Of a stretch of DNA of 64,000 nt, positions 12,153 to 25,150 are shown piece by piece. The position numbers and the translations under genes were made by a program. The notes below the pieces were generated by a model that saw only the letters and a program-made list of their open reading frames with translations, was not told where the DNA came from and searched no databases. This stretch comes from Heterodontus francisci (lineage: Eukaryota), in the NCBI RefSeq assembly GCF_036365525.1, contig NC_090375.1, positions 199,073,864 to 199,137,863 on the forward strand. The letters are read 5' to 3'. Every line of letters begins with the position of its first letter. The stretch's first letter is position 1.

Positions 12153-15100
12153 TGTTCCGACCAAGGCAGAAGTAATGCACTCTTAGTTCAGTCCCACTAC
12201 TCCACAGGTCACAGCTTATTAGTAAAGTTTTCTCCCCAGTGGAAATTATCCAAATTAAACACTTTATTTATCCCCCAGTATAAAGCATGCCAAACCAGGT
12301 TTCTTTAAACAACAACAAAATTAACCATTTATTAATAAACCAAGTTTGAAATGTTAATGAGATAAATCTATATTTATGAAAAGATTTTATAACTTCTTAT
12401 TCTTCCTAACCCTCATGCACACATGCATACATTCAAGAACCAATGGTGAACCAATTTTAAAAGGTTGTTTTTAAAGGTTGTTTTAAGTTGCAACAGTTTC
12501 TTATGAATAATAAAATAATTAGTTGCCACAGTCTGGTATTTCCAGATTGGTGAGGTGTCCCAGAGTTGAACAGTTGGATGCCATGCAAAGTCTCTTCAGG
12601 TGAAATTAATGAACAGTCTGTGATGGCTAGGCATTTAAGGCAAATCGTCTGCAGCAGATCTTTCAGCAAAAGGTCTACTTACATTTTAGCAGTCTAACAT
12701 GAGAAATTTTCTTCAGATTTCAGGATCTCCCAAAAACACAAAAGGCAATATAACTCACCCATGAGGCAGGGATTCATGAGACTGGATGCAATAGCAATCT
12801 GCCATACCCAAAGCACAAGGCTTCCTTTCTCCAAAGCAGTGTTTCTCCACAGAGTGTAGCAACTCCTTTTCCTGGGTCTTTTCTCTCTCTTCTGGCAGGT
12901 CAAAACCACACCTGAAATGTAGTATTTCCTTCTAAGAGATGCAAGGCTTATTTTTTTTCAGAGAGAATAGGCCTTTTCTCTGGTCTACAAACTCAAGTCC
13001 CAGCGAGCTCACTGCTAGCTGGTCCAAGCTCCTTGGTCTGTTTCACACTGGAAAAATTAAACTAAAATCTTTCAACAACCAAAACAGTCATAAATCTTGC
13101 TTGGATACAGATTTCACAGCCTGCACACTTCAAACACCAAGTGTCAGCATTCAGTGTTCACAGAAATCCCCCTTTCCTGCTCTTAAAAGCATTCAGACCT
13201 CTTAGTTTATAAAAAAAAACTCTTGAGATATCTCTGCTCATGGCAAAATGAGATGCCACTTTTGAATGTGTTTCATCTCAAGGTAAAACAGAAATTGAAA
13301 AAAAAAAAACATTTTAAACATATTTTCGCATTCATACCTTTTATTCACTGCACTGTTAGTTAACACAATTTTCTTTGTACCATTGTTAATCATGTAACTC
13401 AACAAGGTTAAATTTGTGGCAAATCATCAGCGATAACATTGTTTTTTTCCTGAAATGTGTACAATTTTCAAATGATAAGGCTGTAACAATAAACTCCATC
13501 TGAATATTCTGGCATTTTGGTTTTTAAATTTTTCCACGAAAGTTAATGGATTATGGTCAGTGTATATATTAGTGTTTCTTTGTAGTTGTGGTGGACATAT
13601 GCTTCAAAATGTTTAAGAGCCAGCAGAAGTCCTAATGTTTCTTTTCCCACGGTGGAAGACTTTTTTTTTTGGTGGTGATTCAATGTTCTTGAAAAGTACC
13701 CAATTGTTTTATCTACATCTGATTCATCATCCTGCAACAGGACTGCACCAACTCCCAGGTCAGTAGCATCAATCACTTGCTTGAAAGATTTAGCAAAATT
13801 TGGAGCAACCAACACTGGTTCATTAGTTAAGATTGTCTTTAGCTTTTCAAAAGCTGCCTGGTATTCACCTGACCATACGACCTTGGTTTTATTTTCCTGT
13901 AGCAAATTAGTTAGTGGAGCAGCTACAGCACTAAAATTCGGCACACACTTTCTGTAGAAACCACACATCCCCCAAACCTCATGATTTCACGTTTAGGCTT
14001 AAGGATGGGGAACTCCACTAAGGCCATTACTTTTGCCATTCATGGCAATACTTTTCCTTGCCCCACTATATGTCCGAGGTAGATCACTTTGCAAATTCAC
14101 TTTTTTCCAGAGTTACCACCAAATCAGAGGCTTTTAATTTTTAAAACAGAGTTTCTAGCTGTGTTAAGTGTTCCTTCCAAGTGTTATTGCATATTAGTAC
14201 ATCATCAAGATACACTACACAGTTGGGAACACTGGCTGCCACTTGATTCATTAGTCTCCGAAAAGTTGCTGGCTCATTTTTGAGCCTGAATGGCATCATT
14301 CAGCACTGATAAAGACTGTCTGGTGTGACAAAAGCTGATATTTCTTTAGCTCGAGGTGTCAAAGGAACTTGCCAGTATCCCTTTAACAAATCTATTTTGA
14401 TAAGAAACATGGCACTGCTCACTCTGTCAATACAATCATTCAAGCGAGGAATTGGGTAGGAGTCAGCCTTCATTACTGCATTGACCTTTCTGTAGGCTAT
14501 GCAAAGCCAGGTTGACGCATCAGATTTAGGCACTAATAATATTGGTGAACTCCAGCTGCTTTGACTAGGTTCAATTAAGTTGTTTTACAGCATGTATTGA
14601 ATTTCTGCTTTTACTTGGGCCTGTTTGTCTGTACTTAAATGGTAAGGATGCTGTTTTAAACGAACAGATTCCCCTATATCCACATCATGTGTGGCTAAGG
14701 TTGTACATCCTTGCTTATCCCTATGGACACTTTTAAATGTTATGAGTAGCATTGTTAGGTCTTCTCGTCATTCTGCATCTAAGTATGAAAGCATGTTGTC
14801 CAATTTTGCTAGCCATTCTGTATTAGCTAATCGGATAGTAGGAGCTTGAATCTGAGAATTGTCTAGGTCTCCTTCTGCCTCATCCTCACTATCCTTTTCC
14901 TTCTCAACGGTCCCTATTACCTGACATACCTGCACTGGCTTATCCTGCTCCCTTGGATAATATTGCTTTAATATCTATTTATTTTTATTTTATTTAGAGA
15001 TACAGCACTGAAACTGGCCCTTCGGCCCACTGAGTCTGTGCTGACCATCAACCACCCATTTATACTAATCCTACACTAATCCCATATTCCTACCACATCC

Positions 15101-16800
15101 CCACCTGTCCCTATATTCCCTTACAACCTACCTATACTAGGGGCAATTTATAATGGCCAGTTTACCTATCAACCTGCAAGTCTTTGTATAGATATGACAA
15201 CTCTGATCACAAGAAAAAGAATCAGTTATGTCAATCAAGTAATTTACCTTGCCCACTCTTTTTAAGCACCTTATATGGACCACTGCTTTTAATGGTTCAC
15301 CCTGTAATGGTAACAATATTAATATTTCATTCCCTGGTTGAAAATTTCGGATCTTTGCGTTCTTGTCTGCCCAGTTTTTCATATTGGCTTGGGATGCTTG
15401 AAGGTGTTCCTGAGCCACATTGCAAGTTTTTGTGAGCCATTCTCGGAACAAAGGTACATATCTAATATCGAAGATTCATTCTTTTGTTCTAAGAACCTGT
15501 CTTTGATGGGTTTGAGAGGACCTCTTATTTCATGCACACAAACCAATGCGAAAGGACTAAAACCTGTAGACTCATTCAGTGATTCTCTGGTAGCAAATAA
15601 AAGAAAGTATAGCCTTTTATCCCAACCATGCAGATATTCGTGACAGTATGCTCTAATCATTGTTTTGAGAGTTTGATGGTCCCTTTCTTAAGCTCCCTGT
15701 GTCTGTGGGCGATATGCTGAAGATTTTATACCCAAATTACCTATGACTTCTTGAAATATCTTCGACATGAAATAAGAACCTTGATCCAATTGAACTTCAA
15801 GTGGCAATCCATATCCATAAAAAATTGGGTTAACTTCTCTACCACTACTTTAGCAGTAATTGCCCTCAAAGGAATGACCTCTGGGAATTGAGTAGCCATA
15901 TCCATGATAGTAAGTATATATTGATGTCCTGCCTTTGTTTTTGGCAATACCCTACTAAATGGTTCCACAATAACTGGTATAGTGGTGCCAGTTTTATAGT
16001 AGGTTGCAGTTTTCCCACCATTTGGCATGTATGGCATGTGCAACAAAACTGCTTCACATCCTTTGTAAGACCTGAACAGTAATAATGTTGACTTATATGT
16101 AATTTGATCTTCTGAATCCCCATATGTCCTGCTAGAGGAATGCCAGGTGCTAACCTTAATAATTCTTGGTGATATTTAGGTGGTACCACTATCTGTTGAA
16201 CAACCATCCAGTCTTTGTCCGCAAGTCTATGAGGCAGTCTCCATTTCCTCCTCAAAACCCCATCTTCAACATAATAGCCTTTTGGAACTCCTTTTGCCCC
16301 AGCTTCTGTCAGATCCAACTGTGCCATTCTATGCAACTCTGGATCAGCTGGTTGTGCTGCAATTATAGAAGATTTGCTGAACATCTCATTTGGACTATCT
16401 AAATTCCCAAGGAACGTTTCAGATACTCAGCTATTTGTTTGTCATGCCAATTTTACATCCAACAATGGAACTTGCTTAGCCATTGCTCGGGAAATATTCA
16501 TGGAACTTGTTCGTGCAATTGTTTCATTTCTTTAACTTCACTTGGTTTCTCTGTGACTACTGGAGAAGCTGATACTCTTGATCTGGCCAAATCTTTCCCT
16601 GGAAGTAGGTCAATTCCCTCTATCAGCAAACTATGGACAGCTCCTACAGTTACCATCCCAGATATAAGGTCACACACTAGGTGTACTCTATATAAAGGTA
16701 CGGGTATATACTCCCCACCAATACCATTAACTAAAACCTGAGCACTCAGTGTGCTCTCTGGTGGAAATGTTACACCTTTCCCCAGCAAATGCATCAGTTA
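12153..16800 (-). mobile_element. Gmr1-like Gypsy element with pol order PR-INT-RT-RH
   Basis: Minus-strand remnants: protease region 16498-16794, integrase 15137-16384 (GHMGIQK, CHTCQ), RT 14300-14533 (KIDLLKGYWQVP), RNase H 13543-13968 (DATDLGVGAVL). LTR-like sequence starts near 12153. Confidence 0.8.
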
Positions 16801-17234
16801 AGACAAAGGATGGAAATTACAGTGCGGAGTAGGGCAGCTTTGAGATAAGGTGAGGTGGCGCTTCTGGAGAGAGAGGTCGAGTATGTACATGTGCCGGCAC
16901 ATGGCACTGAGTGTGGATCTCAGGCGAAAACAGCAGTTTGCAGAATGTTGTATATCACAGTTATACCTGTAGTCTTGGGTGGATTCAAAACATGAAGGAT
17001 GGAACTTCAGTTGGAATCCAGTGGAATAAGTCGGAGCCAGAGACAGTCACTGAGGAAGGAAATGTGGCTGTGAAAAAGAGTTTAGGTAGACACTTTATCA
17101 AACATCAGGAGGGAAATGGAAAGCAATGAATGTGAACAAGGTAAAAGAGATAAATGGAAATCCCGTTGGAGAGAAAAGCAGAAGTTCTTCAAGGTAGGCT
17201 TTCCTGGAAGAGAAGAGGTAATGAATTAAACAGG

Positions 17235-17800
17235 AACAGAAGAGCAAAATACTGTCAATGCTGGAACTCTGCAATAAAAACAGTAAGTGTTGGAAATACT
17301 CAACAGGGCTGGCAGCATTAGAGAAGCTCAGTTAAACCTTTCTTCAGAACTGGCAAAAGTTAGAAATATAATAGGCTTTGAGCAAGTGAAAGGGGGGAGT
17401 GGGGAAGAAGAACAAAGGGTTAGATGTATGATAGAGCAGAGGGCAGGAGAGATTAATGACAGAGATGTTGCAGATCAAAAGACAAAGGGCGTTCCACTAG
17501 TCGTAGTCTGAGATGAAGCATTAATCCAGAGAGAGTGTTAAAAGCAAAATACTGAACTGCTCTGATCAAAAGCAAAAACATGAAAGACAAGTTTAAGATA
17601 GGTACGTAGTTAATAAATAAAATAAAATAACATTAAACTGGCAGTCATACTCTGAAATTGTTGAACTCATTGTTGAGTCCAGAAGGCTGTAGAGTGCCTA
17701 ATTGGAAGATGGGGTCCTGTTCCTCAAGCTTAGGTTGAGCTTCGTTGGAACACTGTAGCAGGCCAAGGACAGAAATGTGGGCATGAGAGCAGTGTGGTGA
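17235..17800 (-). mobile_element. Penelope-like element fragment
   Basis: Collinear with 42280-42930. Confidence 0.65.
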
Positions 17801-18451
17801 ACTAGATGCTCCAATTACTGGTCCAGTTACATATCCATTATGCTACTCTACTCCGTATCCAGAGATTGACAAATTCATAGCTTGGCCACAGCTCAGAGTA
17901 ATCGATCTGCTCTCTTGCTGCAGCGTTTCATGTCCGGAGCATCAGGATCACAAAATATATTTTAATTCACATAAATGCGGGTTCAGATCATTTATTTCTT
18001 TGTCGAGTGTAACTACATTAGGAGAGTGAAACGAAATCACTGTTAAGTTTGATCCAGTTCTGGGAAATAGGTTTGCCTCTTCCCCCTGTCTCTGCCCCTC
18101 CAATCTGACTGCACACCTCCCAGCCGGTTCAAACAGATGAACTCAGAGCCATTCATTTCCTATTTAAAAGTTAACAATCCGAAATTGACTTTTGAATTAA
18201 TAATTTGCGCGAGTGTTAAAGCAATAGAAACAAATGAAAAACAACAGAACGAGGTGAGTTATCACACAGAGAGTGACAGGTCTCACATTTTATAATGTAG
18301 AGTGACTGTAAACTAGGCGGGTTTTATGTCGAGAGGAAATTCGCGCCATTGGACTGATTACAGGAGGAGGGGGCGGGGTAGAAGGGACCCCGGTCTTTTA
18401 CATTTATATCCGTGAGAGCAACCGAGTACCAAGCGGATCGGTCACTGCACG

Positions 18452-18870
18452 ATGTTCTGGGTGATAGTGACGCTATTTTTACCCAGTGTGTGCTTATATT
18501 TATTTATTTATATCTTATGTCTGTCCAGCATTCTTTATCATCATTTTCAAATCAGATAATTTTGCGCATTTTTTCTAGGTGGGTGTTTTGCCTTGTCTGT
18601 AACACAGACTGCAATATCAATAACAAGAAGCCCCGGTAAAAGTGTCAGATTTCAGTGTACGGTAAGCGGAGAGAGCACCGTGATCCATTGGTACCAGCAG
18701 AGACCCGGTCAGGCGCTCGCCAGAATCCTCTATTATGACCAGAGCCTCACTCGGGATCCGGAATTCAGCTCCAGGTTCAAAGCAGACAAGAATAACAATG
18801 TGTGCACGTTAATAATCAATAACATCGCGGAGGAAGACTCTGCCACTTATTACTGTGCCTATTGGGACAG
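18452..18870 (+). CDS. TRGV: TCR gamma-like V segment V1, apparently intact (leader 18452-18485, V exon 18579-18870)
   Basis: Leader MFWVIVTLFLP, phase-1 GT..AG intron (donor GTGTGT is weak), then SGCFA-LSVTQTAISITRSPGKSVRFQC..IHWYQQRPG..DSATYYCAYWDS. Canonical Cys/Trp/Cys, IHWY and CAYW motifs typical of TRGV, followed by an RSS. Confidence 0.88.
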
Positions 18871-18909
18871 CACAGTGCTGAACAGAGACAGAAACCCTTA
18901 TCAAAATCC
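18871..18909 (+). other. 23-RSS of V1
   Basis: CACAGTG (18871-18877), 23-nt spacer, TCAAAATCC (18901-18909). Confidence 0.9.
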
Positions 18910-19758
18910 CAGGCGTTTCAGCTCGCTCCCCCGTCAGCTACCATGCAAACAACAACTTACATTTATATATGTCTTTAACGTAATTTAAAATTTCAAGATG
19001 GATGGATTTTTGTTTAGGAGTATGAAAGGATATCGAGCAAAGGCGGGAACATGGAGTTGAGGGACAAACCAGCCATGATCAGACTGAACAGTGAACAGGC
19101 TTGATGGACTGAATGGCCTCCTCCTGTTTCTGTGATCCACAAGAAATGATCTTGGTCAATTTCGTCCCTTCACATTCCCGACTGGAATACAAGCTGGATT
19201 TAAAGAAGAAATAAGCCCATGTGTGTCTGACACAAGCACAGGCCTTTAATCCTCCTGATAAAACGGTGCCCAACAGAATATTACAAATGATCGATTTTTC
19301 TATTATCTACTTTACAGTTTTTTCTTCTTTTTTTCTTTTCTCATTCCATTACCACCTCCTTTTGCCTCACACCATCATCCCTTTTCTCATTTAATCTCTC
19401 CTGCCTCCCACTCGATCACAGACATTCCCTTTTGTTCTTTCACCCATTCACCCCGCCCCTTTCCCAGCGTCTGTTTTTGCCCAAAACATGTCACATTTCT
19501 AACTTTTGCCAGTTCTGACGAAAGGTCATCGACCTGAATCCTTAACTCTGTTTCTCTCTCCACAGATGCTGCCGGACCTGCTGAGTATTTCCAGCATTTT
19601 CCGTTTTTATTGCAAATCCGGGCATCTGGAAAGAGGTGAACGAGAAGACGGGGTGGGTTTGACAAAATCTCACTGATGGGGTTGTGGGAAGTGAATCATT
19701 TCCTTTTAGTTTGTAACCAGCTGGTTGAGTGAACAGTCCCTGATCCAGCAGAGTGAAC

Positions 19759-21913
19759 ATGTCACTGTATTACTGGTTCATTGTGGTGATCGTTTTTCCC
19801 CTGTATGTGTTTCTGATGCTATTATTCAAATGCTGTTATTCAGTCTGCTCTGTCACGCTGTTTTGCTCAAACCTTGGAACAGATTATCCCATCCGTTAGC
19901 TAAACTGCAGGTAAAACTGAAATACAAGGTGGCTCGGTCAGCAGCAATGTAGGCCCACGAAAAGCTGAAAACGGAGATATTGTCATTGATAATGGGGAAA
20001 TGGCAGACATGTTGAACAATTACTTTGCCTCAGTATTTACAGTTGAAAAGGAGGATAACTTGCCGGAAGTCCCCCCAAAAATTAATAGCTGATAGGGGAC
20101 AGGGACTTAATACAATTAACATAAATAAAACATCAGTAACAAGGAAATTAATGGAACTAAAGAGTGAGAAATCCCCAGGACCTGACGCTTTCCATCCGAG
20201 GGTGTTAACGGAAGTCGGGGAGCACATTGTAGATGCCCTAACTATAGTCTTTCAGAGTTCCCTAGATTCAGGAGTGGTCCCTCTGGATTGGAAAGTTGCC
20301 CATGTCACTCCACTTTTTAAGAAGGGTGAAAGGGGGAACCAAGGAAATTACAGACCAGTTAGCCTGACATATGTGGTGGGCAAGTTGCTGGAGTCTATAG
20401 TCAAGGATCGGGTGACTGAACACAGGCACAGCCAGCATGGCTGACAAATCTCATTGAATTTTTTGAAGAGGTGACTAAGGTAGTGGACAGGGGAATGTCT
20501 ATGGATGTTATTTATATGGACATCCAGAGGCATTTGATAAAGTCCCACATAAGAGACTGTTCACTAATGTAGAAGCTCATGGAGTTGAAGGCAAATTATT
20601 GACATGGTTAGAAAATTGGTTGAGTGGTAGGCGACAGAGAGTGGGGATAATGGGTAAGTACTCCGATTGGCAGGATGTGACTATTGGTGTCCCGCAGGGA
20701 TCTGTATTGGGGCCTCAATTATTCACATATTTCATTAACGACTTGGATGATGGCAAAGTAAGTCATATATCCAAATTTGCTGATGATACAAAGTTAGGCG
20801 GCATTGTAGACAGTCTAGATGATAGCATAAAATTGCAAAGAGATATTGACAGACTAGGCGAGTGGGCAAAACTATGGCAGATGGATTTCAATGCAGGCAA
20901 GTGTGAGATTATCCATTTTGGACCAAAAAAGGATAGAGCAGGGTACTTTCTAAATGGGAAGAGGTTAAGTACAGTGGATGTCCAAAGAGACTTGGGAGTT
21001 CAGGTGCATAGATCTTTAAAATGCCACGAGCAAGTGCAGAAAATAATCAAAAAGGCTAATAGAATACTAGCCTTTATATCTAGAGGATTGGAGTATAAAG
21101 ACAGAGAGGTTATGCTGCAGCTGTACAAAACACTGGTTAGAACCCACTTGGAGTACTGTGAGCAGTTCTGGGCACCACACCATAGGAAGGATATATTGGC
21201 CTTGGAGGGAGTGCAACGTAGGTTTACAAGAATGATACCTGGACTACAGGGGTTAAGTTACAAGGAGAGATTACACAAATTAGGCCTGTTTTTGCCAGAA
21301 TTTAGAAGGTTAAGGGGTGATCTGATCGAAGTCTTCAAGATATTAACAGGAAAGGACAGGCCAGATAAAGACAAACTATTTCCACTGGTTGGAGATTCTA
21401 TAACTAGGGGGCATAGTCTAAAAATTAGGACCAGACCATTCAGGAGAGATGTTAGGAAGCACTTCTTCATGCAAATGGTGGTAGAGGTTTGGAACTCTCT
21501 CCCACAAACAGCAGTTGAAGCTAGAACAGTTGTTAATTTTAAATCTGAGATAGATAGATTTTTGTTAAGCAAAGATATTAAGGGATATGGGCCAAAGGCA
21601 AGTAAATGGAGTTAGGCTGCAGATCAGCCATGATCTCATTGAATGGCGGGACAGGCTCGTGGGGCTGAATGGCCCACTCCTCTTCCTGTCTTCCTATTTT
21701 CCTATGTTCCTGTAACGATCCCCTTCACTGGTACCAACAGAAACCCGGCCAGGCACCCACCAAAATACTCTATTATGGGGGAAGTATATCGTGGGATCCG
21801 GGATTTGGTGAATGGTTTAAAGCCGGGAAGAGTAAAGACAATGAATTCTACCTCACAATCGACAAAATAAAGGCAGAGGACGCGGCCACTTATTACTGCG
21901 CGTATTGGGTGTA
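19759..21913 (+). pseudogene. TRGV: TRGV pseudogene V2, split by a CR1 LINE
   Basis: Leader MSLYYWFIVVIVFP at 19759 (out of phase, acceptor damaged). 5' V half CFAQTLEQIIPSVS*TAGKTEIQGGSVSS at 19859-19945 (TAA 19901-19903, first Cys missing). CR1 at ~19946-21711. 3' half NDPLHWYQQKPGQAP..DAATYYCAYWV at ~21712-21913. Confidence 0.85.
19946..21711 (+). mobile_element. CR1 LINE inserted inside V2
   Basis: ORFs 20025-20444 and 20599-21615 (GVPQGSVLGP, KFADDTKL) plus a 3' TTCCTAT-type tail. Confidence 0.9.
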
Positions 21914-21952
21914 CACAGTGTGAAACAGAAAGACAAACTCTGTGCAAAAACC
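21914..21952 (+). other. 23-RSS of V2
   Basis: CACAGTG, 23 nt, GCAAAAACC. Confidence 0.9.
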
Positions 21953-22099
21953 CTGAACCAATTATCAGAGAAACCCACACACTCCTTGCCTAATCCGACA
22001 CCGCAGCTGGATTTGTCTTAACTTTTTCCGCCTAAAGCCCTGAATTGCCAAGTGATGCGATGCGAGCCAAGACTCGGTCATTTTGATCTATTTGCCTCT

Positions 22100-25000
22100 T
22101 CTGATAGCCTTCTTCTGATGATCTGATAGCCATTACGGAGACGTGGCTGCAGGATGACAAGGATTGGGTCCTGAATATTGAGCAGTATATGCCATTCAAG
22201 AAGTATAGGAAACGAGGTAAAGGAGGAGGGGTAGCGCTCTTAATCAAGGATGGTATTGGTGCAATAGTTAAAGCTGACCTTGATTCAAGAGATCAGGATG
22301 TAGAATCGGTTTGGATGGAAATGAGGAATAATATGGGAAAGAAGTCATGAGTGGGCGTGGTCTACAGGCCCCCTAAAAGTTATCACAATGTAGGACGAAG
22401 TATAGAAGAAGAAATATTGGGTCCTTGTGATAAAGGGACGGGTCGCTCTTCCGGGTCTGGCTTTCGGGCTCGAGTCGGGCCGGGCCGGGTCCAGGTCGGA
22501 TCGGGCCGGGTCCAGGTTGGACACTCAACTGCTGTTAAGTGTTAAAAGTAAAAAAACCTACCTGAGCTGGGAGTCTGGGACGTCAAGGAGGGAAACTCTG
22601 AGTCTGTGCAGTGAGCGAGTGAGTGTCTCGATGATGTCGTCATGCTCATGCTGCAGCTTCCTGCAGATTCGGAGTCGCAAGGTAGGTAAAGGGAACATTC
22701 CGGTGGTCGGGTTGGGCTCGGATCGAGTTGGGGTTGGGTCGGTCGGGCGAAAAAATGGAGGGATTTGGGCTGGGTTGGGCTCGGGTTCGAGTCAAGTTTT
22801 TCCCCCTGACCTGAGCAGGCTTTTAGCCTGGATGAGGAGTTTAGATTAGATTAGATTAGAGATACAGCACTGAAATAGGCCCTTCGGCCCACCGTGTCTG
22901 TGCCGAACATCAACCACCCATTTATACTAATCCTACACTAATCCCATTTTCCTACCAAACATCCCCACCTGTCCCTATATTTCCCTACCACCTACCTATA
23001 CTAGTGACAATTTATAATGGCCAATTTATCTATCAACCTGCAAGTCTTTTGGCTTGTGGGAGGAAACCCACGCAGACACAGGGAGAACTTGCAAACTCCA
23101 CACAGGCAGTACCCAGAATCGAACCCGGGTCCCTGGAGCTGTGAGGCTGCAGTGCTAACCACTGCGCCACTGTGCCGCCGGATATCTCAGATTATTCAGA
23201 ATAAGTATATTCCTACTATAAAGAAAAATTCTCAGGGGTGGACCCACCAACCATGGTTAACTTAAGTTAAAGAAAGCATCAAGCTTAAGGAAAATGCAAC
23301 TAATTGCGCAAGGATGAATGGCAGGTCAGATGATTGGTCAGAATATAAGTAACGGCACAGAATGACTAAAAGGTTAATCAGGAGAAAGAAATTGGAGTAT
23401 GAGAGGAAGCTAGCTAGAAATGGAAAAAAAATGGATAGCAAGAGTTTCTACAGGTATTTAAAGAGGAAAAGAATAAGTAAAGTGAGTGTTGGTCCTCTAG
23501 AGAGTGAGAATGGGGAGTAACAAAATAGCAGGTGAAAAGAACAAATATTTTGCTTCTGTCTTCATGATAGAGGATACAAAAAAATTCCAGTAATAGCTGT
23601 AAATCAGGAGGTGGAAGGAAGAGAGGAACTTGGTGAAATTACAATCACCAGGTAAGTGGTACTGACCAAACTGATGGAGCTGTGGGCTGACAAGTCCCCT
23701 GGTCCTGATGGGCTTCATGCTAGCGTTTTAAAAGAGGTGGCTAACGAGGCAGTAGATGTGTTGGTGTGAATTCTTCAAAATCCGCTAGATTCTGGAAAAG
23801 TTCCATCAGACTGGAAAGTAGCAAATATAACCTCTCTATTCAAGAAGGAGAGAGGCAGAAAACAGGTAATTATAGACCAGTTAGCCTGACGTCTGTCGTG
23901 GGGAAGGTGTTAGAATCAATCATTTAGGAGGTTATAGCTGGGCACTTAGAAAACTCAAGGTAATCGGGAATAGTCAGCATGGTTTTGTGAAAGGGAAATC
24001 ATGTCTAACCAATTTATTGGAGTTCTTTGAAAGAGTAACATGCGCTATGGATAAAGGGGAGCCCGTTGACGTAGTGTACTTGGATTTCCAGAAGGCATTT
24101 GACAAGGTGCCACATAAAAGGTTATTGCACAATGTAGGAGCTCATTGTGTAGAGGGTAACATATTAGCATGGATAGAAGATTGGCTGGCAGAAGACAGAA
24201 AGTATGCATAAATGGGCCCTTTTCTGAGTGGCAGGATCTGACAAGTGGAGTCCTGCAGGGGTCTGTGCTGGGGCCTCAACTTTTACAATTTACATCAATA
24301 ACTTAGATGAGGGAAGCGATGGCATGGTAGCTAAATTTGCAGATGACACAAAGATAGGTAGGAAAGTATGTTGTGATGAGGACATAAGGAGTTTGCAGCC
24401 TGATATAGATAGAGTGAGAGGGCAAAAATCTAGCAGATGGAGTATAATGTGGGAAAAGGTGAAGTTGTTCACTTTGGCAGGAAGAATAAAAAGGCAGAGT
24501 ATTACTTAAATGGAGAAAGATTGCAGATTTCTGAGGTGCAGAGGGATCTAGGTGTTCTAGTGCACAAAAAGTTATAATGTAGGTACAACAAGTAGTAATG
24601 AAGGCTAATGGAATGCTATCCTTTATTACGAGAGGAATTGAAAATAAAAGTAAGGACATTATGCTTCAGTTATACAGGGCTTTGGTGAGACCACATCTCG
24701 AATACTGTGTGCAGTTTTGGTCTCTTTATTTAAGGAAGAATGTAAATGCTTTGAAGGCGGTTTAGAGGAGGTTTACAAGATTGATACCTGGAATGAGCGG
24801 GGCATCTTATGAAGAAAGGTTGGACAGACTGGGCTTGTTTTCAATGGAGTTGAAAAGAGTGAGGGGAGACTTGGTTAAAGTATATAAGATCCTTAACAGT
24901 CTTGACAAGGTGGATGTAGAAAGGATGTTTTCTCTTGTAGGTGAGTCAGGAACTAGGGGGCACTGTTTTAAAATTAGGGGTCGCCGTTTTAGGACAGAGA

Positions 25001-25150
25001 TGAAGAGAATTCTTTTCTCTCAGAAGGTTATGCAACTTTGGAACTCTCTGCCTCAGAAGATGGTGGAGGTGGGGGGGGGGGCATTGAATATTTTTAAGGT
25101 GAAGGTAGATAGATTCTTGTTAGGCAAAGGAATCAAAGGTTATCGATAAG
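22100..25150 (+). mobile_element. CR1 LINE, decayed, with nested MITE-like element and SINE
   Basis: Endonuclease and RT fragments (GVVYRPP, YLDFQKAFDKV, KFADDTK). Confidence 0.8.
22438..22826. mobile_element. Possible non-autonomous DNA transposon (hAT-like)
   Basis: GC-rich insert in CR1 with CGGGT/CGGGC-type repeats near both ends; no clean TIR or TSD. Confidence 0.4.

Noticed and set aside
18795-18812. Extra FR3 Cys in V1, V4 and V6 (xCxL) as a NAR-TCR-like interdomain disulfide
   Set aside because: It aligns with the inward aromatic residue of V3 and V5, similar CTL motifs occur in other non-mammalian V-gamma, and all V segments here have leaders, so there is no leaderless supporting V.
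20599-21615. 338-aa RT ORF beside V segments as a domesticated diversifier
   Set aside because: Ordinary 5'-truncated CR1 ORF2 with an upstream frameshift/deletion and a normal 3' tail; many siblings in the window.
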